Shown: positions 9,065-19,647, counted from the first letter of the stretch. The stretch is DNA of 64,000 bases from Terriglobia bacterium (GCA_963791575.1 CAWBSY010000008.1:75972-139971), one strand, 5' to 3'. A program made the numbers and translations. The notes: generated by a model not told the origin, from the sequence alone.

Positions 9065-9979
9065 ATGAAACTCACCTTGGGGCGGCTAGGTCTAGGAGCG
9101 ATTTTGACGGCGGTGCTCGCCATCTCTAACATAGCTGTCCTTGTTCACGCTCAACAGATTGCCCGCTCGCCGGATGAACTCGTCCGAGAGACTGTGAAAA
9201 AGGAACTGAACGCGAGCGAAGGTCACTCCAAATTCATGTTCCGCGATGAAAAGAAAACGGCCGAGGGATCACAAACGAAATTGATCGTCGAAACGGACGA
9301 TTCCATGGCTGGCATGTTGATTGAGGAGAACGGTCGTCCCCTTACCCCTGAACAGCAGCGGGCAGAAGATGCACGGCTTGAGAGCTACATAAAGAATCCG
9401 GCGGAGCTTAACAAAAAACGCGAGAAAGAAAAAGAGGAGGCGGAGCACACCAAGAGAATAGTCGCCGCCATGCCCGACGCCTTTATTTATGAGAATGACG
9501 GCACTGTCCCCGGAACGCAATCCTTGGGACGACCCGGCGATGTATTGGTGCGGCTGAAATTTCATCCCAATCCCAATTTCAATCCACCATCCCATGTTGA
9601 GCAAATTCTTACCGGTATGGCGGGGTACATCCTGATCGATACCAATCAATGCCGCATTGCCAAGATCGATGGAACCCTCGTGAAAGATGTCGGTTTTGGG
9701 TGGGGGATTTTGGGGCATTTGGAACCGGGCGGCCACTTTCTGGTTGAGCAGGCTGATGTCGGCGATGGGCATTGGGAAGCCACTCGCATGGATCTTACTT
9801 TTGATGGCAAGATCATGCTCTTTAAAAAGCTCCATATCAACTCTAGCCAGATCTTTAGTGATTTCCGTCCCGCTCCTGCGAATCTGAATTTTGAGGAAGG
9901 TGTGGCGCTGCTGAAGAAACAAGAGTCGGAATTAGCGCAGAATCAGCGTCAAGTAGCAGAAAATCAAAAGCAGAAGTAG
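9065..9979 (+). CDS. secreted hypothetical protein
   Basis: 304 aa with signal-like LGLGAILTAVLAISNIAVLVHAQQ, a charged coiled segment (KKREKEKEEAEH) and a Q/K-rich tail. No recognisable domain. Confidence 0.55.
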   Translation: MKLTLGRLGLGAILTAVLAISNIAVLVHAQQIARSPDELVRETVKKELNASEGHSKFMFRDEKKTAEGSQTKLIVETDDSMAGMLIEENGRPLTPEQQRAEDARLESYIKNPAELNKKREKEKEEAEHTKRIVAAMPDAFIYENDGTVPGTQSLGRPGDVLVRLKFHPNPNFNPPSHVEQILTGMAGYILIDTNQCRIAKIDGTLVKDVGFGWGILGHLEPGGHFLVEQADVGDGHWEATRMDLTFDGKIMLFKKLHINSSQIFSDFRPAPANLNFEEGVALLKKQESELAQNQRQVAENQKQK

Positions 9980-10000
9980 TTTAGTAAATTTCGCGCGCCG

Positions 10001-11122
10001 CTAAGCCATCTGAAGCGTCTTTAGCGTTTGCTTTCGTACCGTTAATTTCTCGATCAAATCTTCACGGATACGATATCCCGTTCCCGGTTCATCACTGACG
10101 GCAATTGTTCCTTGCGGAGTAACTTCAACCGCTGGCTCAATGACGTCCTCCTTCCAATAGCGCTTCGAAGCGGAAACGTCACCTGGCAGGCGAAAATTCT
10201 TTAGCGAGGATAAAGCAATATTGTGAGCGCGGCCAATACCGGATTCCAGCATTCCGCCACACCAGACCGGAATGTTGTGAGTCTGGCAGACGTCATGAAT
10301 TTTTCTTGCTTCGGTGAACCCGCCCACCCGTCCAACTTTGATATTGATGATGCGGCAAGCTCCAGTCTCTATAGCCTGGGCGGCGTGCCGTACATGGCCG
10401 ATCGACTCATCCAAACAAATTGCGGTCCGAAGTTCACGTTGCAAGCGGGCGTGATAGTAAATGTCGTCGTTCCAGAGTGGCTGTTCGATCATGAGAAGGT
10501 TGAATTGATCGAACTTTCGCAGGTGCTCAACCTCGTCCATGCGATACGCTGAATTGGCGTCGCAACTGAGAACGATGTCGGGCCATCGCGAGCGGATTCG
10601 CTCTAAGATGTTGACGTCCCATCCCGGCTTTACTTTTACTTTGATGCGACGATAGCCGGCGGCTAGTTCCAGCTCTATTTTTTCCAACAACTGTTCGATC
10701 GAGTCCTGGATTCCAATCGAAACTCCGCACTCTATTTCTCGGCGTGTTCCTCCGAGCAGTTTCCAAAGCGGCTGCTGCTTCTGTTTGGCCTCTGCGTCCC
10801 AGAGCGCATTCTCTATGGCTGCTTTGGCCATCGGATGCCCGCGAAATCTCGCCATGAGTGCGACGCAATCTGTGGCGGATGAAACAGTCTTACCCAGAAG
10901 AGCAGGCACGAGAAATTGCTGCATCACAGCCCATGCGGTTTCTGCCCACTCCGAGCTGTAGAAGGGGCCTTCATCGGCGACACACTCACCCCACCCGTCT
11001 ACACCTTCACAATGTACAGTGACGAGAATAATCCGCCGGCTGTAGGTTCGCCCAAAGCTCGTTTCAAAAAAATGAACGAGCGGCATGTGAATCTCACGTA
11101 ATGTGATCGCTTCAATCTTCAT
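10001..11122 (-). CDS. enolase-superfamily o-succinylbenzoate synthase / N-acylamino acid racemase-type enzyme
   Basis: The conserved start is MKIEAITLREIHMPL (ATG top at 11122; the long ORF reaches 11191). Catalytic pattern: IKVKVKPG (KxK), CDANSAY, MIEQPL, CLDESI, NIKVGRVGG. Confidence 0.8.
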   Translation of the reverse strand: MKIEAITLREIHMPLVHFFETSFGRTYSRRIILVTVHCEGVDGWGECVADEGPFYSSEWAETAWAVMQQFLVPALLGKTVSSATDCVALMARFRGHPMAKAAIENALWDAEAKQKQQPLWKLLGGTRREIECGVSIGIQDSIEQLLEKIELELAAGYRRIKVKVKPGWDVNILERIRSRWPDIVLSCDANSAYRMDEVEHLRKFDQFNLLMIEQPLWNDDIYYHARLQRELRTAICLDESIGHVRHAAQAIETGACRIINIKVGRVGGFTEARKIHDVCQTHNIPVWCGGMLESGIGRAHNIALSSLKNFRLPGDVSASKRYWKEDVIEPAVEVTPQGTIAVSDEPGTGYRIREDLIEKLTVRKQTLKTLQMA

Positions 11123-11205
11123 GAGTGGTAGTCGAGAGCGCGGCAAATACTTCCGAACACTAACGTCAAGCGTGTCGTGACGCCCAGCCAATTCTACTGA
11201 TTCGC

Positions 11206-11983
11206 TTAGGACAGGCGTTCATTCCACGAGGAGAGCAGAAAGGTACCATTTCCCTCTGCATCTCGCTCAAAACCGAGCACTGACAACCCGTCTGCAAATG
11301 ATTTCAAAAAAACTTCTCGATTCTTGTTTTGAACAACCTTGGCTCGGTCTCTGGTAGCGGGATCAGCCTTCCATTGATAAATCGCCGCAGGGACCGAAAT
11401 CGTGGTCACGGGCTCTTGGGAGGGCAACATTCCCGTCGCAAGTAGATCTTCTACCCGCTTGGATTTCAGCCACCACTCCGCAATCAAGCGGTCCGTGGGC
11501 ATTCCTCCCTGAAGGGGAGATGAAGTGATTCCATACTGGTTAACCGTATAGCGGCGTGCGATGGCTCCGAGCTTCTGAATATTCAAGTACGCGTTCTTGA
11601 TCTCCAGCGGATCAAATGTCCACTCGATCAATTCGATACCGCGCTGTAGAGCGTCATCGCGCTGGAACATCTTGATCCGGCGTCCGAGACCTGCATTCCT
11701 GTACTCCTGGCGTACCGCCAGCATTTGCGAATGAAAGTAAGCGTGTCCACCTCGAACGCCCGGTATCGCGAGGGCAAAGGCGACAAGCTCATCTTCTCGA
11801 AAAGCACCGATAACTTGTCCGCCGATTTTCTGTGCGACAACGAACATTCGGAGCGGTACGACCTCTATGTCAGAAAATCCCCATACTTCTTTCTGCAGAG
11901 CGACACAAGAGCGCAGCTCGCCAAGATCCCGGCAGTTGCGGATTTCGTATTGTCTGCTGTGGCAATCGCTAGTTGGCGATCAT
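11206..11983 (-). pseudogene. GNAT-fold acyltransferase-like protein; conserved N-terminus lies outside any canonical-start ORF
   Basis: The longest canonical ORF is 11206-11847, with GNAT motif A-like YRNAGLGRRIK. The same frame stays open and protein-like up to 11979 (SPTSDCHSRQYEIRNCRDLGELRSCVALQKEVWGFSDIEVVPLR) without ATG, GTG or TTG. An ATG at 11983-11981 is one nt out of frame. Confidence 0.65.
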
Positions 11984-12019
11984 TGGTTTGGCCGGCGTTC
12001 TGAACGGCGGAATCGGCGG

Positions 12020-12948
12020 TCATTCCGAGACTCGCTCTTGCCGCTTTGCTCGCTGCCATAGTTCTTCCAGGTCTTCCATGGACGATTGCTGAAGAGTTCG
12101 ATTCGAAGCCGCAAGCTCTGCTTCCATCCATTGAAAACGACGTCTGAATTTCCGGTTGGTTTTCTTCAGGGCAGATTCGGAGTCAAGCGAAAGATGCCGG
12201 GCGATGTTGACCAGTACGAAGAACAGGTCGCCAAGTTCATCTTCCAATCGACTTCTCAAGTCTTCAGGCATCCGCACTCCCGTTGCTCCAGCAGCCAACT
12301 CGGAAGGGGAGGAATTCGCCTCAGGCGGCAGTGATCTGAGTTCCTCTTTCAACTCTTCTGCTTCCTCTTCTAACTTGTCAAATAAGGCTGAGGTGTCGGT
12401 CCAATCGAAGCCAACTTTCGCCGCACGCGAAGTTAGTTTGTGGGCTTCCAGCAGTGCAGGCATGGCGGAGGAGACTCCGCTCAATATCGATTGCCCTTCT
12501 TCGTGGCCTTCTTCTCATTCGACTGAGTTTGTGACCGCTTACTCTCTTTTTCTTGAGCTTTGATTGCTTCCCAGTTTCGCAGCACTTCTGTCGAAGTCTC
12601 AGCCTTTACATCTCCGAAGACATGCGGATGCCGTCCCACCAACTTGTCGGAAAGGCGATCAAGGACGTCGTCGATCGAAAACGTCTCCTGCTCCTTGGCC
12701 ATTTGCGAATAGAAGAGCACTTGCAGGAGGAGATCACCCAATTCGCCCGGCAGCTCGTCCCAGTCGCGATTGTCAATCGCTTCCAGGACTTCGTAGGTTT
12801 CCTCTATGGTATACGGCTTGATGGAATCAAAGGTCTGCTCACGGTCCCAAGGACAGCCGCCCTCGCCGCGCAGTTTTGCCATGATGGAAACCGCTCGTTC
12901 GAAACGTTCCCCAGTGGTTGGCATGCAGGTAGCTACTTTAATAGACAA
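12020..12948 (-). pseudogene. mazG: tandem-domain MazG nucleoside triphosphate pyrophosphohydrolase split into two ORFs
   Basis: ORF 12481-12948 holds MazG domain 1 (CPWDREQTF...EETYEVLEAI...ELGDLLLQVLF). ORF 12020-12484 holds domain 2 (RAAKVGFDW...EELGDLFFVLVNIAR). The TTG start overlaps the TGA stop (TTGA). The domain-2 frame is already open from 12514 (EEGHEEGQSIL...), so a 1-nt lesion near 12485-12502 would fuse the two halves. Confidence 0.8.
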
Positions 12949-13179
12949 CAGTCTCGGGGAGCAATTCGTGCTGAAGTGGGTTGGAGCTTTGGCATGCTGC
13001 GTGCATTACCCATTGTCAAATTCTTCCGCTTTTTGACCCCCTCAGTGGAAGGCTTGAGCAATCCTCCCCCGAAAAAAGCGTCTCCTCCTGCAGTCCGGGA
13101 ACTGCGGGAGCGAGACGCTTTTGGTTGAGGCTGACGATATCTCGGCAAATCTGCCGACCGGTCGACATCACACCGCGTC

Positions 13180-15116
13180 CTATTCTGATTTAAAAAAGAC
13201 AACACCAAGGGGCGGCAAGGTGACATTGATCGAAAAAGGCCGCCCGTGAATGGGAAGTTCTTCCGCCTGTTTGCCGCCGAAATTTCCCCATCCAGTGCCT
13301 CCGTATTCCTTTCCGTCGCTGTTCAAAAGCTCGCGCCAGAACCCACCGGAGGGTACCCCTACACGGTAGGCGTCGCGAGGCACCGGGGTGAAATTGCAAA
13401 CTACAAGAATCGTCTCTCTGGGGGACCTGCGCAGGAATGAGAGTGTGCTATTCGCGGTATCGTTGCAATCTACCCATTCAAATCCGCGAGACTCGGTATC
13501 AAGTTCGTGTAAGGCACCCTCGGAACGATAGAGCCGGTTCAGTTGTTCCACCCAGCTTTGGATACCTCGATGCTGTGGCCGCTCTAACAGGTGCCACTCC
13601 AAACTGCTGTCATGCGCCCACTCTTTCCCTTGCGCAAACTCATTCCCCATAAACAGATAGCTTCTTCCCCGGTTGCGCGTACATGTAACCAAACAGCAAA
13701 CGGAGATTAGCGAATTTCTGCCACGCATCCCCTGGCATTTTTGCGATCAGCGAGCCTTTGCCATGCACTACTTCATCGTGCGAAAGCGGCAGGACAAAAT
13801 TTTCCGTCGAACTATAAATGGCTCGGAAGGTTAGCTCGTTCTGATGGAACTGCCGATGAATGGGATCGTGTTGCATGTAGGCCAGCGTGTCGTGCATCCA
13901 GCCCATGTCCCACTTCATTCCGAAACCTAGTCCGCCCACGTAAATCGGACGCGAGACCATCGGCCATGCCGTTGACTCTTCCGCGTAGGTCTGAATATCT
14001 GGATGCTCTTTGTAAGCCTCTTCATTCAGCTGTCGCAGGAAATCAATTGCATCGAGATTCTCGCGCCCGCCATATTTATTGGGTATCCACTCTCCGGCCT
14101 TCCGCGAATAATCCAGATAGAGCATTGACGCGACAGCGTCCACGCGAAGTCCGTCGGCATGATATTTGTCTAGCCAGAACATGCCACTGCTGAGGAGAAA
14201 ACTTCGGACTTCACTTCGGCCGTAGTTGTAGATATAGGTATTCCAGTCAGGATGAAATCCAGAACGCCAATCGGCATGTTCAAACAAATGCGTGCCGTCG
14301 AAATATGCCAGCGCGTGGCCATCGGAAGGGAAGTGCGACGGGACCCAATCAAGAATCACTCCAATACCGCGCTGATGCAGGTAATCCACCAGATACATAA
14401 AATCCTGCGGGCGTGCCGTAGCGCGAAGTGGGAGCGAAGTATCCTGTGGTTTGATAACCCCATGAACCGTAGAAGGGATGTTCCATGATCGGCAGAAATT
14501 CAACATGGGTGAACTGCATTCGTTCGACGTGATCGGCAAGCCGAGGTGCGATCTCGCGATATGTCAGCGAGCGGTTGCCGTCCTCAGGAATGCGCATCCA
14601 TGACCCGAGGTGAACCTCGTAAATTGAAATAGGCGCTTGCATCGACTCCCGTGCGCCGCGTTCTTCCATCCACTTTTGATCGGACCAGTGATAATCAAGA
14701 TCCCACACGATCGAAGCGGTGCTCGGTGCCTGCTCATGAAACGTGCCAAACGGATCCGCTTTGTCCGCCGTGTATCCCTCGTGATGGGAAATGATATGGA
14801 ATTTATAAAGCGCACCCTTGTTGACTCCAGGAATGAAACCTTCCCAAATTCCAGAGTTGGCGCGGGGCTGCAATCGGTTCGCTCCCGGCATCCAATTATT
14901 GAAGTTGCCTACCACGGAAACCTCGGCGGCATTTGGAGCCCAAACGCTGAAGTTCACGCCCGCTTGATTTCCATTCAGCACAACGTGCGCTCCAAGTTTG
15001 TTGTAAGCGCGGTAATGCCGTCCTTCGTTGAAAAGAAAGAGGTCTTGATCAGTGAGCAGGGTAAAGTTCGAGCGGGAATCAGGCAACAACGTCTGTGTGG
15101 AATCAGTCATCGACAT
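13180..15116 (-). pseudogene. glgB: 1,4-alpha-glucan branching enzyme (GH13), two frame breaks
   Basis: Three consecutive ORFs (14349-15209, 13640-14539, 13180-13728) tile GlgB: ...[10 protein letters not shown]|[27 protein letters not shown]...[10 protein letters not shown]|[13 protein letters not shown].... The breaks are at the G3 run 14409-14411 and at 13654-13661. The likely start is ATG at 15116 or 15110. Confidence 0.9.
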
Positions 15117-15264
15117 CTGAGATGCTATTTTTAGTGTACCGGAACGGTACGGGTCTAAGATTGTGAATTCAGTGTCTCTCCGTAATGGCTGGAGTTGCAA
15201 AATCAACATGCTAAACTTTTCATCAATTATTTATATGGCACCTTTCCAGAGGGATTTGCGTTAA

Positions 15265-17517
15265 ATGCCTGTTCTTCGTGTAGTAGTTCTTTGGCATCAG
15301 CATCAGCCGTTTTATAAGGATCTTGTCACCGGCGAGTACCGTCTTCCGTGGGTTCGTCTGCACGCTCTCAAAGATTATTACGGAATGGTGAAGTTGCTGG
15401 AGGAGTTTCCCGGCGTCCACCAGACTTTCAATCTTGTCCCTTCGCTAATTTCGCAAATCCAAGATTATGTAGCGGGCGCCGCCCGCGATCCGTTCCTCGA
15501 AGTGGCGGCAAAGGCTGTAGGTGACCTCACAGCCGAGGAGCGCCACTTCGGACTGCAATACCTATTTCAAGCCAATACTGTGAATTTGATCGGCCGGTAT
15601 CCGCGGTATTGTGAGTTGTGGGATCTATTTCGCAGCGCCGGCGAATCGCCGCAGCGTGCCGATAAATACTTTCAACCGCAAGATATTACTGATCTTCAGG
15701 TGCTCTCGCAGTTGGCCTGGTTTGATGAATTCTTCCTGGAGGAACCGGAAGTCGCGGCGCTGGTAAAGAAGGGCCGCAACTTTTCACTCGACGACCAGAA
15801 CTTCGTAATGGCGCATCAACGTAGGTTGATCGCCAGAGTGCTTCCTGCTCACGCCGACGCCGCGAAACGAGGTGGAGTCGAAATCTCGACATCAGCGTTC
15901 TACCATCCAATCCTTCCTCTGGTTTGCGACACGAATATGGGCGCGATGTCGACACCCGGATTACCGCTGCCGCAGAATCGCTTTGTACATCCCGAGGACG
16001 CTCGTGAGCAACTCCAGCGTGGACTAGATCTGCATCAGCAAGTCTTCGGTTTCCGTCCGCGAGGAGTTTGGCCGTCCGAGGGTAGCGTCTCCGAGGAAGT
16101 GTTCGCGATAGCGCACAAGCTAGGCGTGAATTGGATGGCAACCGACGAAGGGGTGCTGGGTCGAACCCTTGGCGTCTCGTTTGAGCGCGACGGCAACGGA
16201 CGAGTCTCACCCCAAGCTGCGGAAAAGCTATACACGATGCATCGCTACGAACGCGGTGAGACAGAAATGCATCTTGTCTTTCGCGATCACGCCATCTCTG
16301 ACCTGATCGGATTTGTTTATTCCGGTATGTCTGCGCAGGACGCGGCCAATCATCTTATGCACAGAATTCAGGAAGCCGCGCAGCCACTTCTAAGCCAAGG
16401 ACATGACGCGCTGATTCCAATCATTCTCGATGGCGAAAATGCCTGGGAATATTATCCGAAATCCGGACGCGAGTTCCTTCGCCGTTTCTATGATCGTCTA
16501 CAACACGAACCTGGGATCGAGGCGGTGACGATGTCTGAGGCCATCCAGCGACATCAGAATAAATCAATGTTGTCATCGCTTGTGCCGGGCTCGTGGATTA
16601 ATGCGAATTTTAACGTTTGGATTGGTGCTCCGGAAGACAATCGCGCGTGGGACTATCTCTACCATGCGCGAAGGTTCTATTCCGACGTAGCACCGCACCG
16701 TAGCGAAGAACAACGCAAGCTCGCCTTCGAAGAATTGCTGATCGCCGAGGGCAGTGATTGGAATTGGTGGTATGGTCCCGAGCACTCTTCAGCAAACGAT
16801 CGCGAGTTTGATGAACTGTATCGCAAGCACCTCTCCAACGTGTATCAGGCGCTCGGCGCAAGCCCGCCGGACTATTTGTCGCAACCCATAACCGGCGGGT
16901 CGATTCAACCATCCTTCATTTCACAGACGCACTATATTCATCCCCGTATAACCGGAGACACGGTTCGCTACTTCGAATGGATGGGTGCCGCGCGTTATAC
17001 CGCCGATCGACGTGCAGGCGCGATGCACGGGAAAACTTTCCTGTGCGATTCGCTTTACGCTGGCATCGATGAGAGCAATGTTTACGGACGTTTGGATTTT
17101 GTCGATGGGGTTCCAGAAAGCGATTTTGAAATTGTCGTGAACCTGGAATCATGGGCCGATCAATCCTCGCGTCCCCGCCGTGCTTTGCGGCTCAACGCGA
17201 CAATCGAGAGCCGAATCCTCCGTTCGTGGAATATGAGCGAACCGGATTCCGCCGAAACCGTAGTCACCACGAACGAAGGAGTCGCAGTGGCGCTGGCTCG
17301 CAGCTTCGAATTCAAGATGCCGTTAACACTGTTGCTAGCGGTCCCAGTCGCATCCTCGGCGGGGAATAGTCGCCGGAGCTCTACCCTCGCTGCTACGAAG
17401 TTGCGAGTGCGATTCAGCATTTGGCAGAATCGGCTACCAGTTGACGCACTACCGGTAGAAGGCTGGATTGAATTGCAACTGCTGAGCGAAGAAGACCTAA
17501 TGGCGGTCAGTCAGTAA
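15265..17517 (+). CDS. glycoside hydrolase family 57 protein (alpha-glucan active)
   Basis: 750 aa. The N-terminus VVLWHQHQPFYKDLVTGEYRLPWVRLHALKDYYGMV is the GH57 signature. Divergent from glgB. Confidence 0.85.
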   Translation: MPVLRVVVLWHQHQPFYKDLVTGEYRLPWVRLHALKDYYGMVKLLEEFPGVHQTFNLVPSLISQIQDYVAGAARDPFLEVAAKAVGDLTAEERHFGLQYLFQANTVNLIGRYPRYCELWDLFRSAGESPQRADKYFQPQDITDLQVLSQLAWFDEFFLEEPEVAALVKKGRNFSLDDQNFVMAHQRRLIARVLPAHADAAKRGGVEISTSAFYHPILPLVCDTNMGAMSTPGLPLPQNRFVHPEDAREQLQRGLDLHQQVFGFRPRGVWPSEGSVSEEVFAIAHKLGVNWMATDEGVLGRTLGVSFERDGNGRVSPQAAEKLYTMHRYERGETEMHLVFRDHAISDLIGFVYSGMSAQDAANHLMHRIQEAAQPLLSQGHDALIPIILDGENAWEYYPKSGREFLRRFYDRLQHEPGIEAVTMSEAIQRHQNKSMLSSLVPGSWINANFNVWIGAPEDNRAWDYLYHARRFYSDVAPHRSEEQRKLAFEELLIAEGSDWNWWYGPEHSSANDREFDELYRKHLSNVYQALGASPPDYLSQPITGGSIQPSFISQTHYIHPRITGDTVRYFEWMGAARYTADRRAGAMHGKTFLCDSLYAGIDESNVYGRLDFVDGVPESDFEIVVNLESWADQSSRPRRALRLNATIESRILRSWNMSEPDSAETVVTTNEGVAVALARSFEFKMPLTLLLAVPVASSAGNSRRSSTLAATKLRVRFSIWQNRLPVDALPVEGWIELQLLSEEDLMAVSQ

Positions 17518-17694
17518 GAGAGTCGGCTGATAACCACGCACATTGTTCCGTGGCTTCGATTTTTCAGCTTGGTCACATGCCATCACACCACGCTAGTACA
17601 TGTAAGTTGTATCCATCTACTTTGGTGTCAATTGTCTCGGATTCACTCTGCAATTGATCTTCATTAACGGTAAAAATCTCGGTACAATCCATGA

Positions 17695-18054
17695 ATGCCG
17701 ATCCTCAAGGGACTAGAAGATATTGTTACGGAATTGAGAGCTGAAAGAACTCACCTCGTGAACAACCTCCGTCACGTGGATGCAGCTTTAGCCGTTCTGG
17801 GTAAGCTTGAAGGAGGGAAGTTCGCCACCGAATCGCGGCGTGCCGTTTCAGCCTCTGCTCGCCGGAAGATGGCGGCAGCGCAGAAAGCTCGCTGGGCAAA
17901 GGTTAAGAACCAGACGCAAGGCGCTCGTGGTGGACAGGCAAGTACTGTGAATCTAAAGCGTACGCCGTCAGCAGCAGCTCGTCGAAAGATGGCTGTGGCT
18001 CAACGGGCGCGATGGGCGAAGGTGCGGGCGGAGCAGGCGAAAAAAATAGCTTAG
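17695..18054 (+). CDS. small basic protein with duplicated ARRKMAxAQxARWAKV motif
   Basis: 119 aa. A coiled N-terminal segment is followed by two copies of the motif (SASARRKMAAAQKARWAKVKNQ and SAAARRKMAVAQRARWAKVRAEQ). Function unknown. Confidence 0.55.
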   Translation: MPILKGLEDIVTELRAERTHLVNNLRHVDAALAVLGKLEGGKFATESRRAVSASARRKMAAAQKARWAKVKNQTQGARGGQASTVNLKRTPSAAARRKMAVAQRARWAKVRAEQAKKIA

Positions 18055-18247
18055 TTGCCCATATTTTCTAGCCCTACCGAGGCGGCTGTCCTTTTGAATT
18101 GAATTGCCAAGTTGGCGGGGCTTGGGGGCCGTTCAGCGTGGCCCTGATAAGAGCAGACTCCGATTGATTGAGCAGTACCCGCAGGTCACTCACCTTCTAC
18201 TCCGCACGGACATTTCCCTGCCAAGGTGGTAGCATTTCTGCCAACTC

Positions 18248-19543
18248 ATGAAAACCTCACTGTTCTTGGTCTTTGCTGACCCTGTCCTGTTGCCTCCTGG
18301 TTTCTCCCAGTTTTCCGCAAGTCCCGCAGGCTCCAACTCACCCTCTCGTCCTACACGCCGCTCGCCTCCTCGACATTGAAAGCGGGCGAATCCTCAAACC
18401 CGGAGAAGTCCTGGTCCAAGGGGAACGAATTGTCCAAGTAGGCTCATCGGTGAGTCGTCCAGCCGGCGCCGAGGTCATTGATTTAGGAGATCAGACTCTT
18501 CTGCCTGGTTTGATCGATGCGCATGTTCATCTGTTTCTCCATCCTGGTGCGGAAGACCTTCAGACCGTGGAAGAATCGGTGCCGCAGCGTACCATCCTCG
18601 CCGAACTCGCGGCCCGGGATGACTTGATGGCCGGGTTTACCGCAGAGCGAGATATGGGAACCGAAGGTGCGGGCTCGGCCGATACCGCTGTCCGTAACGC
18701 AATTGATCAAGGGCTGATTCCCGGACCGCGCATGCGCATCAGCGGCAACGCGATCGACATCTTGGGAGGACATGAAGATGCGAACCGCTTTAATCCCGAG
18801 CAGCACGTCCTCTCAAACGCAACCTATGCGAATAATTCTGCCGAGCTGGTAACCGCTATTCGGCAACAAATGAAGGAAGGCGCTGATTTCATCAAAATTT
18901 ACGAAACCGGTCCGGACTCATTGCGCGACGGCCACTTCAGCACACCCTACCAGTACAGCGAGGCGGAACTCGCCATAGCGGTGCAAGAAGCCGCACGCAC
19001 CGGAAAGCATGTCGCGGTCCACGCCACAGGAGAGCCTGGTACTCTTTATGCCGCGCAGGCGGGAGTCGAGTCGGTCGATCATGCCTACCAATTGAGCGAT
19101 GAGACAATGCGCCTGATGCGCGAGAAGCAAATTTTTGCCGTACCGACCTTCACCATATCTGAGTATTTCGCCGAACATGCCGCATCCCCACAACAGGCAA
19201 AGCGTGAACAAGACCTACAGGAGTTTCCACGTGCAACAATTTCGCAAGCAATTAGCCGCCAACGTACCAATGGCGATGGGGTCCGATGTTGGGTCCGTTC
19301 CCGCATGGCACGCAGGCGAGGGAACTGGTTCTGATGGTGAAATACGGGATGACGCCGCTTGCGGCTCTGCAAGCAGACCTGTTGAACGGAGCAAAGTTGC
19401 TGGGATGGCAAGATCAGATTGGAGCCCTCAAACCAGGTTATCTGGCCGACGTAATTGCGGTCCATGGCGACCCGCTACAAGATATTAGTGTTTTACAGAA
19501 AGTTTCATTCGTAATGAAGGGTGGCGCAGTCTACCGCAAATAG
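18248..19543 (+). pseudogene. secreted amidohydrolase-family (metal-dependent hydrolase, COG1228-like) protein with about three frame breaks
   Basis: ORF 18273-19334 carries LPGLIDAHVHL. The conserved C-terminus runs through frame 1 (FHVQQFRKQLAANVPMAMGSDVG) and then frame 2 (PFPHGTQARELVLMVKYGMTPLAALQ..., ORF 19286-19543). The breaks are near T3 19224-19226 and G3 19291-19293. The signal peptide MKTSLFLV starts at ATG 18248 in another frame, with a switch at T3 18272-18274. Confidence 0.8.
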
Positions 19544-19608
19544 CTCGGATAGATACTGGCGCACTGCCAGACGAACGTTCGGCAGAAGAAGTTTAAGGCA
19601 AAAAGAAA

Positions 19609-19647
19609 GGGCGAGATTTTCCGTTAACGTAAACGGTTTTCTCGCCC
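19609..19647 (-). terminator. candidate intrinsic terminator for the minus-strand gene 19683-20006
   Basis: The outer stem is GGGCGAGA (19609-19616) paired with TCTCGCCC (19640-19647). The inner stem is CCGTT/AACGG. On the minus strand the hairpin is followed by TTTCTTTTT. Confidence 0.45.

Noticed and set aside
15223-15420. 65-aa minus-strand ORF in the glgB/GH57 divergent region
   Set aside because: It overlaps the GH57 start region in antisense. It has no motif and is better explained as a chance ORF.
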